A stretch of 63,933 nt of DNA, filler included, from Conidiobolus incongruus B7586 (Eukaryota), in NCBI GenBank assembly GCA_000697335.1. It is 7 parts of 7 records of this genome, joined end to end, with 100 filler letters (N's around TTAATTAATTAA, not from the genome) between each part and the next. Parts side by side here need not be neighbours in the genome. Positions count along the whole stretch, not along the records: positions 1 to 18,325 come from JNEM01006036.1; positions 18,426 to 20,608 come from JNEM01006039.1; positions 20,709 to 23,747 come from JNEM01006040.1; positions 23,848 to 54,691 come from JNEM01006041.1; 3 more parts are not named here. The stretch is one strand, 5' to 3'. Below are positions 12,608 through 25,831 of the stretch, piece after piece; position 1 is the stretch's first letter; each line of letters begins with the position of its first letter. Position numbers and translations under genes: made by a program. The notes under the pieces are model-generated. The model saw only the letters and a program-made list of their open reading frames with translations, did not search any database and was not told the origin of the DNA.

Positions 12608-15600
12608 TAGTAACAATAATAAAACTATTAAAAACCTATTAGAAATTAATAAATATCTATATTAAACCTAATTATTACTATTTTAAATTTTATTTATAAT
12701 TTATTTCATTTAAATTTAACATTATATACTATAATACCACTAAAAAAAAAGATACCCTTATATTATTTTAATAATGATAATAGTTTAATTACTAAGTGAA
12801 TCTAAAACTTTAATCTTTAAAAGCTTATTACCCTCTAAAAAACTTATATTAAACAACTTTTAATTGAAAAAAACATGTTTTAAAGAGTTTAAATCTAATA
12901 AACTAGCTACTTTATTATAGTTAATACATTAAACTACTTCTTTAGTGTTTTTAAAAATAAATTAACTACTTATGATAGTTTAAAAAACCTTCACAAGCTT
13001 GAAAACTACCTTAAAAACATAAAGAACTACTTTGATTTAATTTTTGATGAAGATCTAAAGAATATCTTTAAATTAGCTACTTTTTTTTTAGAAAAATCTA
13101 TTTATATTTAGTAGTTAACTTATTATAAGCTTAATCCTAAAGAATTTTTAAGAAGATAGTTTACTACAAGGATATAAACTTTTAAACAATTGGAAAAAGC
13201 CTTTAAAGAAAGGTATTACCTAAAAAATTAAGTTTGATTAATAAGAGAAAAGCTTTTTTAACTTAAATAAAAAACTTCTACAAGATAATTAATTGAGAAA
13301 TTTAATGAGATATGTTTAAATATATTAAATATCACTGAAGAAGAATAAATCTACAAACTATTATAATGCTTTAACTTTCAAGTGAAGCTTTAGTTAATTA
13401 ATAGGGAATACTTTAATAATATGTTTTTTTCTAACATTTATAATATAGCAATTATAATTGATAATATCTTTTATTTTATAACTAAATCTTTTTACCCTAA
13501 AAATTAATCTTTTAAACTTTACTCTAATTTATTTAAGTTTCAAATGATAAATATTTTTGTTTTAAAGCTTCATAAGAAAACTTTTAGTGAAGAAGTTAAA
13601 ACCTACTTAAGAATAAATAAAGGTTGTTATTATTACTGAAAAACTTAAGTTAATTATAGAGTTAACAAATACCCTTTAAAAAAGCAACATTTGTTTAATT
13701 CTTAATAATCTTAACTTACCAACTATAAATCAAACTTGAATAATATTAATATAACCTTAAAATTACTCTTTTTATAATTAGTTAGTAGATTTTAATCTAA
13801 TCCACAAAAGTTCTAATAAACCAATAATTCCACAAATTAAACTATATATACTAAAGAAATCTAACTGATTAAACCACTAGAAACTAGAAATATTCTAGTA
13901 ACTAATCTACCTTGTGATTTTTTACCTTTAACTATCACCCTATTGTTTATATTAATTAGTTTTTTTATAAACACACTTATTAGTGTTTTAATTAACTCTA
14001 GTTGTTTTAATTATATTATCTCTTCTTTTATTATTATAAAGCTATTTTTACCTACTTAAAAAAGTAACTTAATAATTAAATATACTAACAACTTAATAGA
14101 ATAAACATCTAGTATTATATTTAAATATCTATTATTATTTTTTAACTACTCCTAACATATTAAATTCCTAGTTAGTAACATTAGTTATAATTTTATACTA
14201 GGTTAAAATTAGTTTAAATATTACAGTTTTATATCTATAAATATTACCTTAAAAGGTTACAAATTTTTTTTTTACATTCTAAAAAAAATTAATAGAATTA
14301 ATCTTAAAAAATCTATATTACCTTACTATAAAATTATTAAATATTTTATCTAACACTAACTCTATAATTGTAGCAAATAATTTTATTATTATAAGTAAAA
14401 ATCAATGTAAAAAACTAATCAAAAACCTAAATAATTTATAAAAATATATATTTGTTTATTATTCATCTATTAACACTTTATCTGTTGATTTTAATAAAGT
14501 TATATCTAATAACCATTTCTTATACAATATAATAAGTTAATTTGCTAATGTTTTTGAACTTATGAATAAATTACCACCTAAATATAATATTAAACACAAA
14601 ATTAAATTAATCCCTAGTATACAACTATATTTAAAACTTACTTACCATTTATCTCTTAAACAATATTAAACCTTAAAAGAAAAAATCTAAAAACTACTTG
14701 AAAATAAGTATATTAAACTTTTTTCCTCACTATAAAAATCTCTAATCTTCTTTATATAAAAAACTAATGGTGGTTAGAGATTATAAATTAATAACTATGT
14801 TTTAAACTCTAAAACTATTAAAGATAAAACTTTATTATTAAACCTATATGATGTTAAGGATAAACTACTTAAATCAATTATATTTACTAAATTAAATGTT
14901 AAGAATAGATATTATAACATTAAAGTTAAAGAAAATTCTATCCCTTTAACTATTTTCAATATTTTTTTAAGTCACTATAAATTTATTATTATAAACTTTA
15001 GATTGTGTAATACTCTTGTAACTTTTATTTAATTTATTAATTCCCTTTTTAACCTTGTTTTTAATAACTTTATTATTATTTACCTTGATAATATCTTAAT
15101 CTATTTAAAAATTAAAGAAGAATATATTTAACATATTAATTAAATCTTATAAATTATTCAAGAATATAAATTACTTTTAAAACTATCAAAATGTATCTTT
15201 AGTACCTCTTCTATCTTTTTCTATAGTTATATTGTTTCCTCTTAAAGAATTAATATTAATCTAACTAAATTTAATGGTGTTAAAGTTTTTACTATACCTA
15301 TAAACAAAAATTAACTTATGTTTATATTTAGATTATTAAATTACTTTAAAAATTTCATTGATTTTTTTATTGAACTTATTACTCCTCTTATTAATTTTTT
15401 GAAGAAAAACTTTTTTTTTGAATAAACCCCACTATATACTTTTTATATAAATGTTTTAATTTTCTATATTACTAATGTTTTTACTTTATCTATCTTTAAT
15501 CTAAAACTACCTATTATTATTTTTACTAACTCTAGTTTTTTTGTAATTAGTAAATAATTAACCTAGTTTGAATTTAATTTATATTTTACTTTATAACTAT

Positions 15601-17522
15601 AGGATAAAATAATAAATAAAAGAGAATAGGTTGAGTTTAACTTTATAAATGTTACTTTAAAACCAATAATATTCTGGTTAAGAAAAATAAAACTAGCTGA
15701 ATTAAAATACCTAGTTTATAAATAAAAACTTTTTGCTTTAGTAAAAATAATCAAAAATCACTTATATTTTTTATCCTGCAATTTTTCTTTAACACTTACA
15801 GATTATAAATCACTTATCTACTTAAATACTTAAAAGTATTTATTAAGAAAATAAATTAGATAGATTAAAATTATCTAAGTTTACTTTTTCTTTATTTAAT
15901 ATCTTTTAGGTTAATAAAACTATATTGTAGATACTTTATTAAAAAATCTTACATACCTACCCTTTTATTCTAATTATAAAAATCTAGCAAACATTAACTT
16001 AATAGTTATTAATAAAAGAAATAAAAAATTTATTAAACTATTTTAAAAAACACTGTTAAATAATAATTTCTTTATTTTAGTTAAAGAAGAACTCTTTAAA
16101 TTATTAGAAAACCAATTAAAATATGTTAAAAGATTTAAAATTATCAATAACTTACTATATTATAATAATTGTCTATATATTCTTAACATTCCTAAGATTT
16201 AACAAACAATATTTAATAAATGCTATAATTTACCTATTAGAGGATATTAAAACTAGTTAAAAATTGCTAAAAGAATTAAAATAAAGTATTACTAGCTTTC
16301 CCTAGTTAAATTAATTTAGAAATACACTAATACTTATGATATATGCTAAAAAACTAAATATAATACTCAACTAAAATATAGTAAATTTATTCCCTTATAA
16401 GTCTTTAATGAAACTTAATAATAAATCTAACTTGATTTTATAGAAATCTTTAAATCAACAAATAATTATAATAACTTACTAATTATAATTGATTTATTTT
16501 CTAAATGTGTTTATTTTATTCTTTATTTCAAAACTTCTACAGTTAAAAATGTTACACAATTGTTATTCTCTAATATTTTTACCTACTATAAAATTCTACA
16601 AACTATTGTATCTGATAGAAACATATAATTCAACTCTTAATTCTAGAAGTTACTATCTTTTTCCTTTAAGATTAACCTAGCTATATCTACTACTAATTAT
16701 TACTAAACTAATAAACTTGTTGAAAAAATTATTAAAACCTTAAAGTAAATGATTAAAGTTTATATTAACACTAATCAATTAAATTAAGATGCTTATATCT
16801 ACTAAATCTAATATTTATTCAACACCTTTATTAATAAATCAACAGGTTTTAGCTTTTATTTCATCAATTATAATAAACATCCTAATTTAATAATTACTCT
16901 AAAACTTTAAATTAATTTACTTTTAAACATTGTTGAATTTTAATCTAATATCAAATATATTAATTCCCTTGTTAAATTTAACTTAGAAGAAAATTAAAGG
17001 ATTATAGAATAATAATACTTAAAGTTATTTAGAAACCCTCTTAAATATAAAACTAGTATGTTTGTATACTTAGAATAATTTGCCTTTAAACTTACTTTAC
17101 TTAAATCTAACTTAAATCCCAAATACTTACTATTATATTATAATCCCTATAAAATTTAATTTATTGATTTAAATTTTAAAAATATTACTTTAGAATTACC
17201 TCTAACTTTAAAAATCAACACTACCTTTTACATATCTAAAATTAAACTATACTTTAAAGATTTTAACACTTTTCTTAATTAATTAAAAACTTTAAAATTA
17301 GATCTAATTATTAATTAAGATGAAGAAGAAAAATACTATATTGATTACATAATTAAATCTAAATCTATTAGGAATAAACTTTATTTTTATGTAAAATAGA
17401 TAAGTTATCCTATTAAAGAAGTTACATTAGAACCTCTAGAAAATATTAAGAATACCTCAACCTATTATACTTATTTATAAAAATTAGAGAGTGTGTCTCT
17501 TTTAAGAAACCTATTAAAAGAG

Positions 17523-17921
17523 TGTTAAAAAATTAGTTCTTTAAATTCTTATATATACTTTCATATAATCTAATTAACTATAAATTATATGATTAATTTA
17601 TACTTATATAATTAAATTAATTGTATAAATAGTATTAAATTATTTAATAAACTAGGTTTTTCTTTTTCTTCTAAATTTTTACTATTTTCTACTTTTACAC
17701 TATTTCTAAAATTGAGACTATATTCTATTAATATTATAGGATATTAACACTACCTAATATAAATTTTAATATATTAGTAACTTATCCTAGTTTGAAGCTT
17801 AATTAAACTTTGTTTACACTTGCACACTATAACTATGTTATATTACCACATTCTACACCACACTACTTTTATATTAAGTTTTCCTCTATATTATATTAGC
17901 TTAACTACCACTACACTTACA
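17523..17921 (+). repeat. 3' LTR of Gypsy copy 1
   Basis: Direct repeat of 12214-12607, preceded by a decayed polypurine tract (ttaaaagag; attaagggag in copy 2) and followed by TSD ATTAT. Confidence 0.9.
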
Positions 17922-18325
17922 ATTATTAATAAGTTTTTATTATATTATTGTTAAGTTTTTAGCATTTCAAAAATAGTTCTTTTTATTAAAAATTAAAATT
18001 TTTCATCTTATTAACATATTATATTTATCTATAAAAATTTATTTATAAATTTAAATTCATATCCTTATAGTAAATATAATTAAATAAACTATAAATTATC
18101 AATTAACTAATATATTAAGTATAGTATATTTTTAATTATTTTTAATTAAAAAATTTTTTATAATTTTAACTTTATATATTTTATAATTAATATATTAAAT
18201 ATAGATAATCTAAACTTTATATTATAAGCTCTAAATAAAAATCATTTTATTTATATAATAATATATAAAATATAATCAATTAATTTATTTTTAAACTCTT
18301 ATAAAAATAGCATATATTATTATAA

Positions 18326-18425
18326 NNNNNNNNNNNNNNNNNNNNNNNNNNNNNNNNNNNNNNNNNNNNTTAATTAATTAANNNNNNNNNNNNNNNNNNN
18401 NNNNNNNNNNNNNNNNNNNNNNNNN
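18326..18425. other. Assembly gap spacer (N-ttaattaattaa-N); same spacer at 20609-20708, 23748-23847, 54692-54791, 60515-60614, 62632-62731
   Basis: Identical 100-nt placeholder with a stop-in-all-frames linker, repeated six times. Confidence 0.97.
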
Positions 18426-19919
18426 CAGCTCTATAAGCTGTTTACAAGTTTTAGATGATTTTAAAGGGTTTATAGTTAAGTTTTAAAGATACAAAAATAA
18501 AAGCCTTTTGATAATCACAATCTAGTTTAAGCATAATTAAATTTAAGTGTAAATTTTAAAATCAAAATATTTTAATAAAAAAAATAATTAAAATTGAATA
18601 TATATATATAGTTTGAAAATATTTATTTTCCTATATATTATATATATATATAATCTTTCAAAATGTATAATATGTTTGAAAGATCAGAAATTAAAAAATT
18701 TGCCATTTCTTAATTTCTATACTAATAACCATTCAATACATCTACATTTTTAATTTTAAAAACAAGTTGTATAATTTGATATTTGATCAAATTTGCATAT
18801 TACTAATATTTTACATGCTCATATGTCAAAAAATGACTTTCCAAGCAGTTTATGATTAATCTAAGACAAAAAGCTTTACTAATCATCAGCTGTCAGCTCA
18901 TGTTTTTATCTCTAAAGAATTTAATGTCCTGTTTGTAACTATGATAAAGTATATTGTACTCATTTCTGTTGAATAGCTTAAATACTGTAATAAACGAATA
19001 TAAGCCTAAGATTCCATATCACATATACTTAGTTACAATATCACCTCAAATCTCATAGTATATTTATATAAACCTCAAATCAATAATTTTAGATGACTTC
19101 TTTCAAAGTTATATTGATTATCCAAAAAAATTTTATAATTGAATCAATGAATAAAACACTAAACAAAAACTACTCATTTATGGTTCATTATAGTTACACC
19201 TTATTAGAGAATAAGGTTTATGATATGGAAAACACTCCAAGCTAGTATTAAGTGCCAACAGAAAAATATCTAACTGATGTTTATGATTGTTTTTATTCAA
19301 TTCCAATTGCACAAATGGAGATTATTTTTCCAATTATTGAGTATGTGTTCAAAATAAACCAATAAAAATGATATTAATCATTATCCGTTAAACTTAAAAA
19401 GGTTTGATAGATATGATAATACTTTATTCTGATTGATATGTGATGTTTGTTAATTTTAAGAGATATAGCATACTAAATATTGAAGTTGGATTGATATATT
19501 AAAATGTTTAAAAATTGATTAAGTCGAATTGATTAGCTCTATAAACATACCACCAACCAATCGATTTGTTGAGCATACTGACAATTCCTATATGCTGAAT
19601 ATAAAATACTTTAAAGGAATATTTGAAGGGGTAAAAAATTATTCACTGTTGATCAGAAGATGGTTACCATAATAGGAAATGCGGTTCTCAATATTTTTGG
19701 TCTGTTTCTATATTGATAAATCTGGTGATCTTAAATATGGCAACAATTGGATAGGATTAAAAAATAAAATCCCATATATTTTTTCCCCAGATTGATTAAT
19801 TAAAATGAAAATACTTTATATTCCATGTGTTTGTAGTTGAAAAAATTTAAAAAACAATTTTTTTAAACTTAGTAACAGTACGTTTTCCGCGTCCTGTTTA
19901 TATTATATAAATTTAATAA

Positions 19920-20608
<689 letters not shown>

Positions 20609-20708
20609 NNNNNNNNNNNNNNNNNNNNNNNNNNNNNNNNNNNNNNNNNNNNTTAATTAATTAANNNNNNNNNNNNNNNNNNNNNNNNNNNNNNNNNNNN
20701 NNNNNNNN

Positions 20709-23700
20709 TCTATTTTGAAGGAGGCTGATCGAGTGAGTGAAGAGGCCAAAGTGCCTCAAATTTCAAAAGATCCATTTATTCCTCCTAAGTTTACTAATAA
20801 TAGAGACAACGACATTGAAAATGTGATCAAATCTTTGCAAGATCAAGATCCAAAAAATAAGGCTGATGTTCTCAATTTAATGAACGCTTTCCTAAAGCAT
20901 CACTACATTGGTCCTGATGGCAACTACAATATAAACATATTCCCATTGATCACAGAAGTGATTAATTTGGTCACTTCTAGTGACTTTGACTTTAAAAAGA
21001 ACAAATGTATAGAACAGTTGCACTCGGTGATAAACCAACTCAATAAAGAAATGGATACAGTAAGAAAGGCACCTGAGCCACCAAAGCCCTTTTCACCACC
21101 AAAAACGACGGGAGATAAGCGGAAAGATCTTGAAAACCTCAAAGAATCATTGAAAACCGCGAATAGGTTCAATAGACAGGATGCAGTCGATGCTATATCA
21201 AAGTATACAATATCTTACTACGCAAACACGGAGGGCCAAATCCTTTCCTCGGTCTATACCAATTACAACAAACTCATGGAATATGTTGGAAACCCTAGTG
21301 TAGACCTGGCAAGCGACAAAGTGATCAATATAATCAGTGGATTCTTCCGTAAGATGGATGAAGATAAAAAACAAGTCGAGGCGAAGCAACGGGGTAAGTA
21401 TCAAGCACCTGAATTCATTGGTACCAAATCCATTGATCTTCAGAACCTCGTCCTGTCTTTTGGTTCAGTCACTGACAAAAACCAACAAGAACCAGCTGAT
21501 CAAGTGGTCAAATTTATTATAAAATATTACGCAGATGAGAATCAATATTTTTCAAAGAGTGTGCTTGATGCTGTGAATCAAATATCCAGTATGATCACTA
21601 GTGAGCAGTTTGACTTCAGGGATAGAGAGCACATTAAAGCTCTCCAAATTGCCTTATCTGATCTCGATAACCTTTATGAGCAGTCTAAGGTTGCTAAACC
21701 ATCATGCGAACCATACAAAGCGCCTATCATATCGGACGACAGGAAGATCGATCAGGCGAGACTGATGAGATCTTTATCTTCAGTAACAGACTGCAACAAA
21801 GACCAAGTACTAGCATTCATCAAGTTCTTTTTGACCAAGTACTATGCCGAAACAGATAATAGATTTGATCCACAAGTTGAAAAGATTGTTGTTCAACTTT
21901 TCAACTTGATTACTCCTGCCAACTTCGACTTTACTAACGATGATAACTTGGATCAAATCGAGCGACTTTTGGGAGCATTGGAAACTATTTATAGCAAGTC
22001 CAAGCTCGAGAAGAGCACTCCTTATGCAGCATTCAACCTCACTGGGAAAATATCCTACGACGAGCAGACTTTGCTTTGGTCACTCAACTCAGTAAACGAC
22101 TTCAACAAGGATCAAGCGATCCAACAATTCATCAAGTTCATTGATTATTATTTCCAAGATTCCAATAAGAAATTCGAAAAGCCCATTTACGAGCTAGCAG
22201 ACCAACTCGTCAAGATGCTAAACACTCCTGGGTTTAATTTTGCAAGCAGCGCTAGCCAAAACCAGGTGCGAGATATCCTCTTCCAAATGGAAGCCATGCT
22301 GCAACAGATACAGGGCCCTGCACAGGGTGCCTCGTCGTATAATGCACCAATACTTTCTGGTAACCGTATTCAAGACCAGAGCGCATTTTTGAAATCGCTC
22401 TCATCCGTAACTAAGGACAATAAGCAAGGCGCAATCGCTCATTTGATATCACTCATCAACTATTACTATAGGAGTAGAAATGGTGATGTGACTGGGGAAC
22501 TGTACGATCTCGCCAATCATCTGATCAACAAGCTCACATCTCCTAGCTTCAATCCGCAAGACATCGAAGATATCGAAGCAATTCGTCAGATCTTCCGTAA
22601 TTTGGACGAAGAGCAGGATAAGCAGCTGAAGAGTGAACCCCAGGGCACTTATCCTGAGCCCACTATCACGCGCAATTATCCCTACGATATCCAGCAAATT
22701 TTTTCATCGTTCAAATTTGCAAACGTTGCCAACAAAGATCAAGTTATATTATTTCTTCTCAAGTTCATGGACAAGATGTTTGCCAATGCCAATGGCTTCC
22801 TGGCCTATCCCCTTGACCAGCTTGCTGACCAGGTCAACAACATCGTTTCAGCACCCTCTTTTAGCTTTACCAATGAAAATGATCAGAAGTTACTGAGATC
22901 AGTCTTAGATCAAATGTATGCTAAATGGCAGGAAAAGGTTAACAAGCAAACTGGTCCAGCATATAATATCCCCATCTTATCGGGCGACAGATCGAAAGAT
23001 CTGCAAAGCCTAATCAATTCATTCAGCTCAATTAATTCTCACAACAAAGCTCAAGCTATATCCTCGATTATTCTTTTCGTCCAATCCTATTATACAAATC
23101 CCAATGGCCGACTTCATTCTCAATTGGATAGTATGGTGCAACAATTTGTTAATACCATCAACTCCAACGACTTCGAGTTCAATGACAAAGGAATTGCTAT
23201 ATTAACCGATATGTTGACTCAGATCGATATTACTTGGGATAACTTGAGAAAACAAACCAAGTCATTCCAACCTTTTCAAGTTCCCTATCTCACTGGAAAC
23301 AGGGATGTCGATGTTACTAATCTATTCAACGCACTGCTTACTGTTACCCCACCAACAAAATTCGAGGGAATCAAGGCTATTATGGACTTTGTCGCAAAAT
23401 ACTATGGGGACGGAAAGGGTTCATATAATGAAATATATCTAACTACAGTCAATCAACTCTCCCAGAAACTCTCATCTCCCCAGTTTGATGCAGCTTCACA
23501 ATCAGGGCAGTCAACCATTCTAAGCTACTTGAATCAGCTTGAAGAATTGAAGAAGACCTATGAACAACAGATGAAGGAGTTCCAACCTTATGTTGCACCA
23601 GATTTCACTGGTAATATGTCCATTGATCAGAAGAATTTGTTTGAATCCTTTTCCATAGTCACCAAATCCAACCAGCCAGGAGCGATCAGTGCGCTTATCA

Positions 23701-23747
23701 AATATATTCTCAAGTATTACGGAAATAAATATGGCCAATTTGACTAC
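20709..23747 (+). CDS. Large intronless protein of ~104-aa tandem helical repeats (partial at both ends), function unknown
   Basis: Open frame across the whole contig. Ten repeat starts (PFIPP, PFSPP, KYQAP, PYKAP, PYAAF, SYNAP, TYPEP, AYNIP, PFQVP, PYVAP) with recurring D..L..S..SV...NK.QAI....F..KYY and SP.F(D/N)F motifs. Confidence 0.85.
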
Positions 23748-23847
23748 NNNNNNNNNNNNNNNNNNNNNNNNNNNNNNNNNNNNNNNNNNNNTTAATTAAT
23801 TAANNNNNNNNNNNNNNNNNNNNNNNNNNNNNNNNNNNNNNNNNNNN

Positions 23848-24215
23848 TAACCCACCTTATGTAGTCACTCCTACCGAGGAAATCTACTCTGTAACAACAG
23901 CAGGTATATTGCCTAAAATCAATGCTACATGGGCTGGCGGTGTTGATGGTAGAGAAGTTATTGATCGATTACTTCCAATGATCCATAAGCTATTGAGCCC
24001 TAAAGGAGTATTCTATTTGGTCACCATACAAGAGAATCGTCCTAAAGAAATAATTGAAATTATGAAGCAATATAATTTAAATGGACAAGTAATTTAATAA
24101 TATATTTGATTAAATCTTGATGGCTAATTGAATTATATAGGAAGTATTGAAGAGATCTGCTGGGATTGAAAAGTATTCTATTCTCAAGTTCACATTTACG
24201 GATTTAAATAATTAA
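23848..24215 (+). CDS. MTQ2: HemK2/N6AMT1 eRF1 glutamine methyltransferase, 3' part (5' end lost in gap)
   Basis: NPPYV motif directly after the gap, WAGGVDGREVIDRLLP and LSPKGVFYLV. Intron 24089-24140, then KRSAGIEKYSILKF. Confidence 0.9.
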
Positions 24216-24608
24216 TCCTTATTCATACATTATCCTTGATTAATATAGAAATCATTGCAATGGTTATATTTATATTTAATAGTGTATAGACTAATAATTA
24301 TAATTTTAATAATAAATAATTTATGACATTATATATATTATGAGATATTTATAATATTAATCATATAGCAAATATTTTTAAATTTGTTATTTTAATCTCA
24401 ATATCACTTGCTTAATTGACAATTTATATGATAATTAACAAAAATTCCCATACTTTTCACATTTAAAAATTTAGAACACCTCAAATAATTTTTGACTATA
24501 TAAGGAAACTGATGGCAAATGTTATCATCCGTGATAAACTATTTAAATACTTCAACTGTTGAGTTAAGGTTATTGACTGATTGATATAATTAATACTCAA
24601 GAATAATA

Positions 24609-25694
24609 ATGTCTAATACAGCAAGTGAAGTATATTTAGTCATTGGAGGTGAAGGCTTTTTGGGTCATAATATTATCTCACAATTAGTAGAAAGAAAGAA
24701 TTCAACTCATCCCAATATCAAAATTAAATCGTTTGATATTCAAAAAAGGTTCGATTTATCTGATGTTGAAGTTTTTGTTGGTGACATGTGTAGTTATCAA
24801 GACCTTAAAGATGCTTGCCAAGGTGTTACTACCGTTATTCAAACCGCTTCTCCCATTGCTTCCGCCCCCGATCACCTGTTTTGGAAGGTGAACGTTGAGG
24901 GTATGAAGAACGTTGTTAAAGTTTGCCAAGATGCTGGTGTTAAAAAGTTGGTATTTACCAGCAGCGCTAGTGTTGTTTATGGTGGTGAACCTTTGAATGG
25001 AGTTGACGAAACTTGTCCCTATCCTGCCAAATTTGTTGATGTTTACTCTGAAACTAAGGTAACAATAAATTTAATTTTAAATCAATTAATCTTAATTATC
25101 CTATAGAGTCTTGGTGAAAAGATGGTTCTTGAAGCCAATTCTGCCTCTTTGGCCACCGTATCACTCCGTGTCGCTGGTTTATTCGGTATTGGTGATCGTC
25201 AAATGATTCCTCGTTTAGTTAACTTGTATGAAACTGGTCAAACTAAAGTTCAAGTTGGTGACAATACCAATTTATTTGATTATACTTATATTGAGAATGC
25301 TGCCTACGCTCACTTATTGGCCGCCGATAAGCTTCCCAGCCCCGATGTTGCTGGAAACGCTTTCTTCATTACTAACACTACGCCGATTCCTTTCTGGGAT
25401 ATGCCTCGTCGTGTATGGGGTATCCTTGGTTTAGAAAAATCACTCCAATTCACACTGCCTTACTCTGTAGGTATTAGCATCGCTCATACTGTTGACTACC
25501 TACTATGGTTTATTTCACCCATTAAGAAAATTGAAATTACCTTAAAACCCTACGCCATCAGGCACTCATGCTCTAACAGATATTTTAACACTGAAAAAGC
25601 TCAAAGTATTTTAGGTTATAAGCCTTTATACACCTTGGAAGAAGGTTTACAAAAGACCTTAAACCATATTTTAAATGAGAAAAAAGACAAATGA
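24609..25694 (+). CDS. ERG26: C-3 sterol dehydrogenase / sterol-4-alpha-carboxylate 3-dehydrogenase (NSDHL-like)
   Basis: GGEGFLG Rossmann motif, TASP, VNVEG, LVFTSSASVV, YSETK, intron 25059-25106, FGIGDRQMIP, QVGDNTNLFDYTY, AHLLAA and AFFITN. Confidence 0.9.
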
Positions 25695-25758
25695 ATAAAT
25701 TATCCTTTTTTATAATATGAAAATAATTACGAAATTAAAAATTAAATGACTATCAACT

Positions 25759-25831
25759 CGAAGCTGGTGGGACTCGAACCCACAATCTTCAGATCCGAAG
25801 TCTGACGCCTTATCCATTAGGCCACAGCTCC
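25759..25831 (-). tRNA. tRNA-Arg (UCG), intronless
   Basis: GGAGCTGTGGCCTAATGGATAAGGCGTCAGACTTCGGATCTGAAGATTGTGGGTTCGAGTCCCACCAGCTTCG. Acceptor stem, D arm, anticodon stem TCAGA/TCTGA with loop CT-TCG-GA, and GTTCGAG T-loop are all present. Confidence 0.95.

Larger units (their letters stand above)
12214..17921 (+). mobile_element. Full-length Ty3/Gypsy chromovirus LTR retrotransposon, hypermutated (copy 1)
   Basis: LTRs 12214-12607 and 17523-17921, with TG...CA ends and a 5-bp TSD ATTAT (12209-12213 / 17922-17926). Decayed gag Zn-knuckle (~13620-13675), protease LI[D>N]S[G>S] (~13988-14002), RT YLD[D>N] (15081-15092) and [M]NF[G]LCN[AP], RNase H, integrase, and chromodomain FYVK[W]I[G]YP..EP.EN (~17330-17450). 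Confidence 0.93.

Noticed and set aside
16489..16680. Short hydrophobic ORFs in AT-rich DNA (also 58500-58694, 47990-48190, 53609-53848, 62160-62375)
   Set aside because: Ile/Leu/Phe/Asn-rich by-products of mutated TEs, UTRs or microsatellite; not genes.
12730..17500. Alternative genetic code or mitochondrial insertion as an explanation for the AT-rich, stop-filled region
   Set aside because: LTRs, TSD and gag-pol motifs show a nuclear retrotransposon. Stops differ between copies and the catalytic YLDD is mutated.
18800..19600. Weak coding-like patches on the minus strand
   Set aside because: No continuous frame or recognisable family; cannot be supported by eye.
19839..19849. RRPE-like TGAAAAAATTT upstream of PAB1
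   Set aside because: Such A/T motifs arise by chance at this base composition.
23848..24215. NPPY motif as a possible DNA N6-adenine methyltransferase linked to the hypermutation
   Set aside because: The WAGG.DGREV context identifies HemK2/Mtq2, established as a protein (eRF1) methyltransferase.
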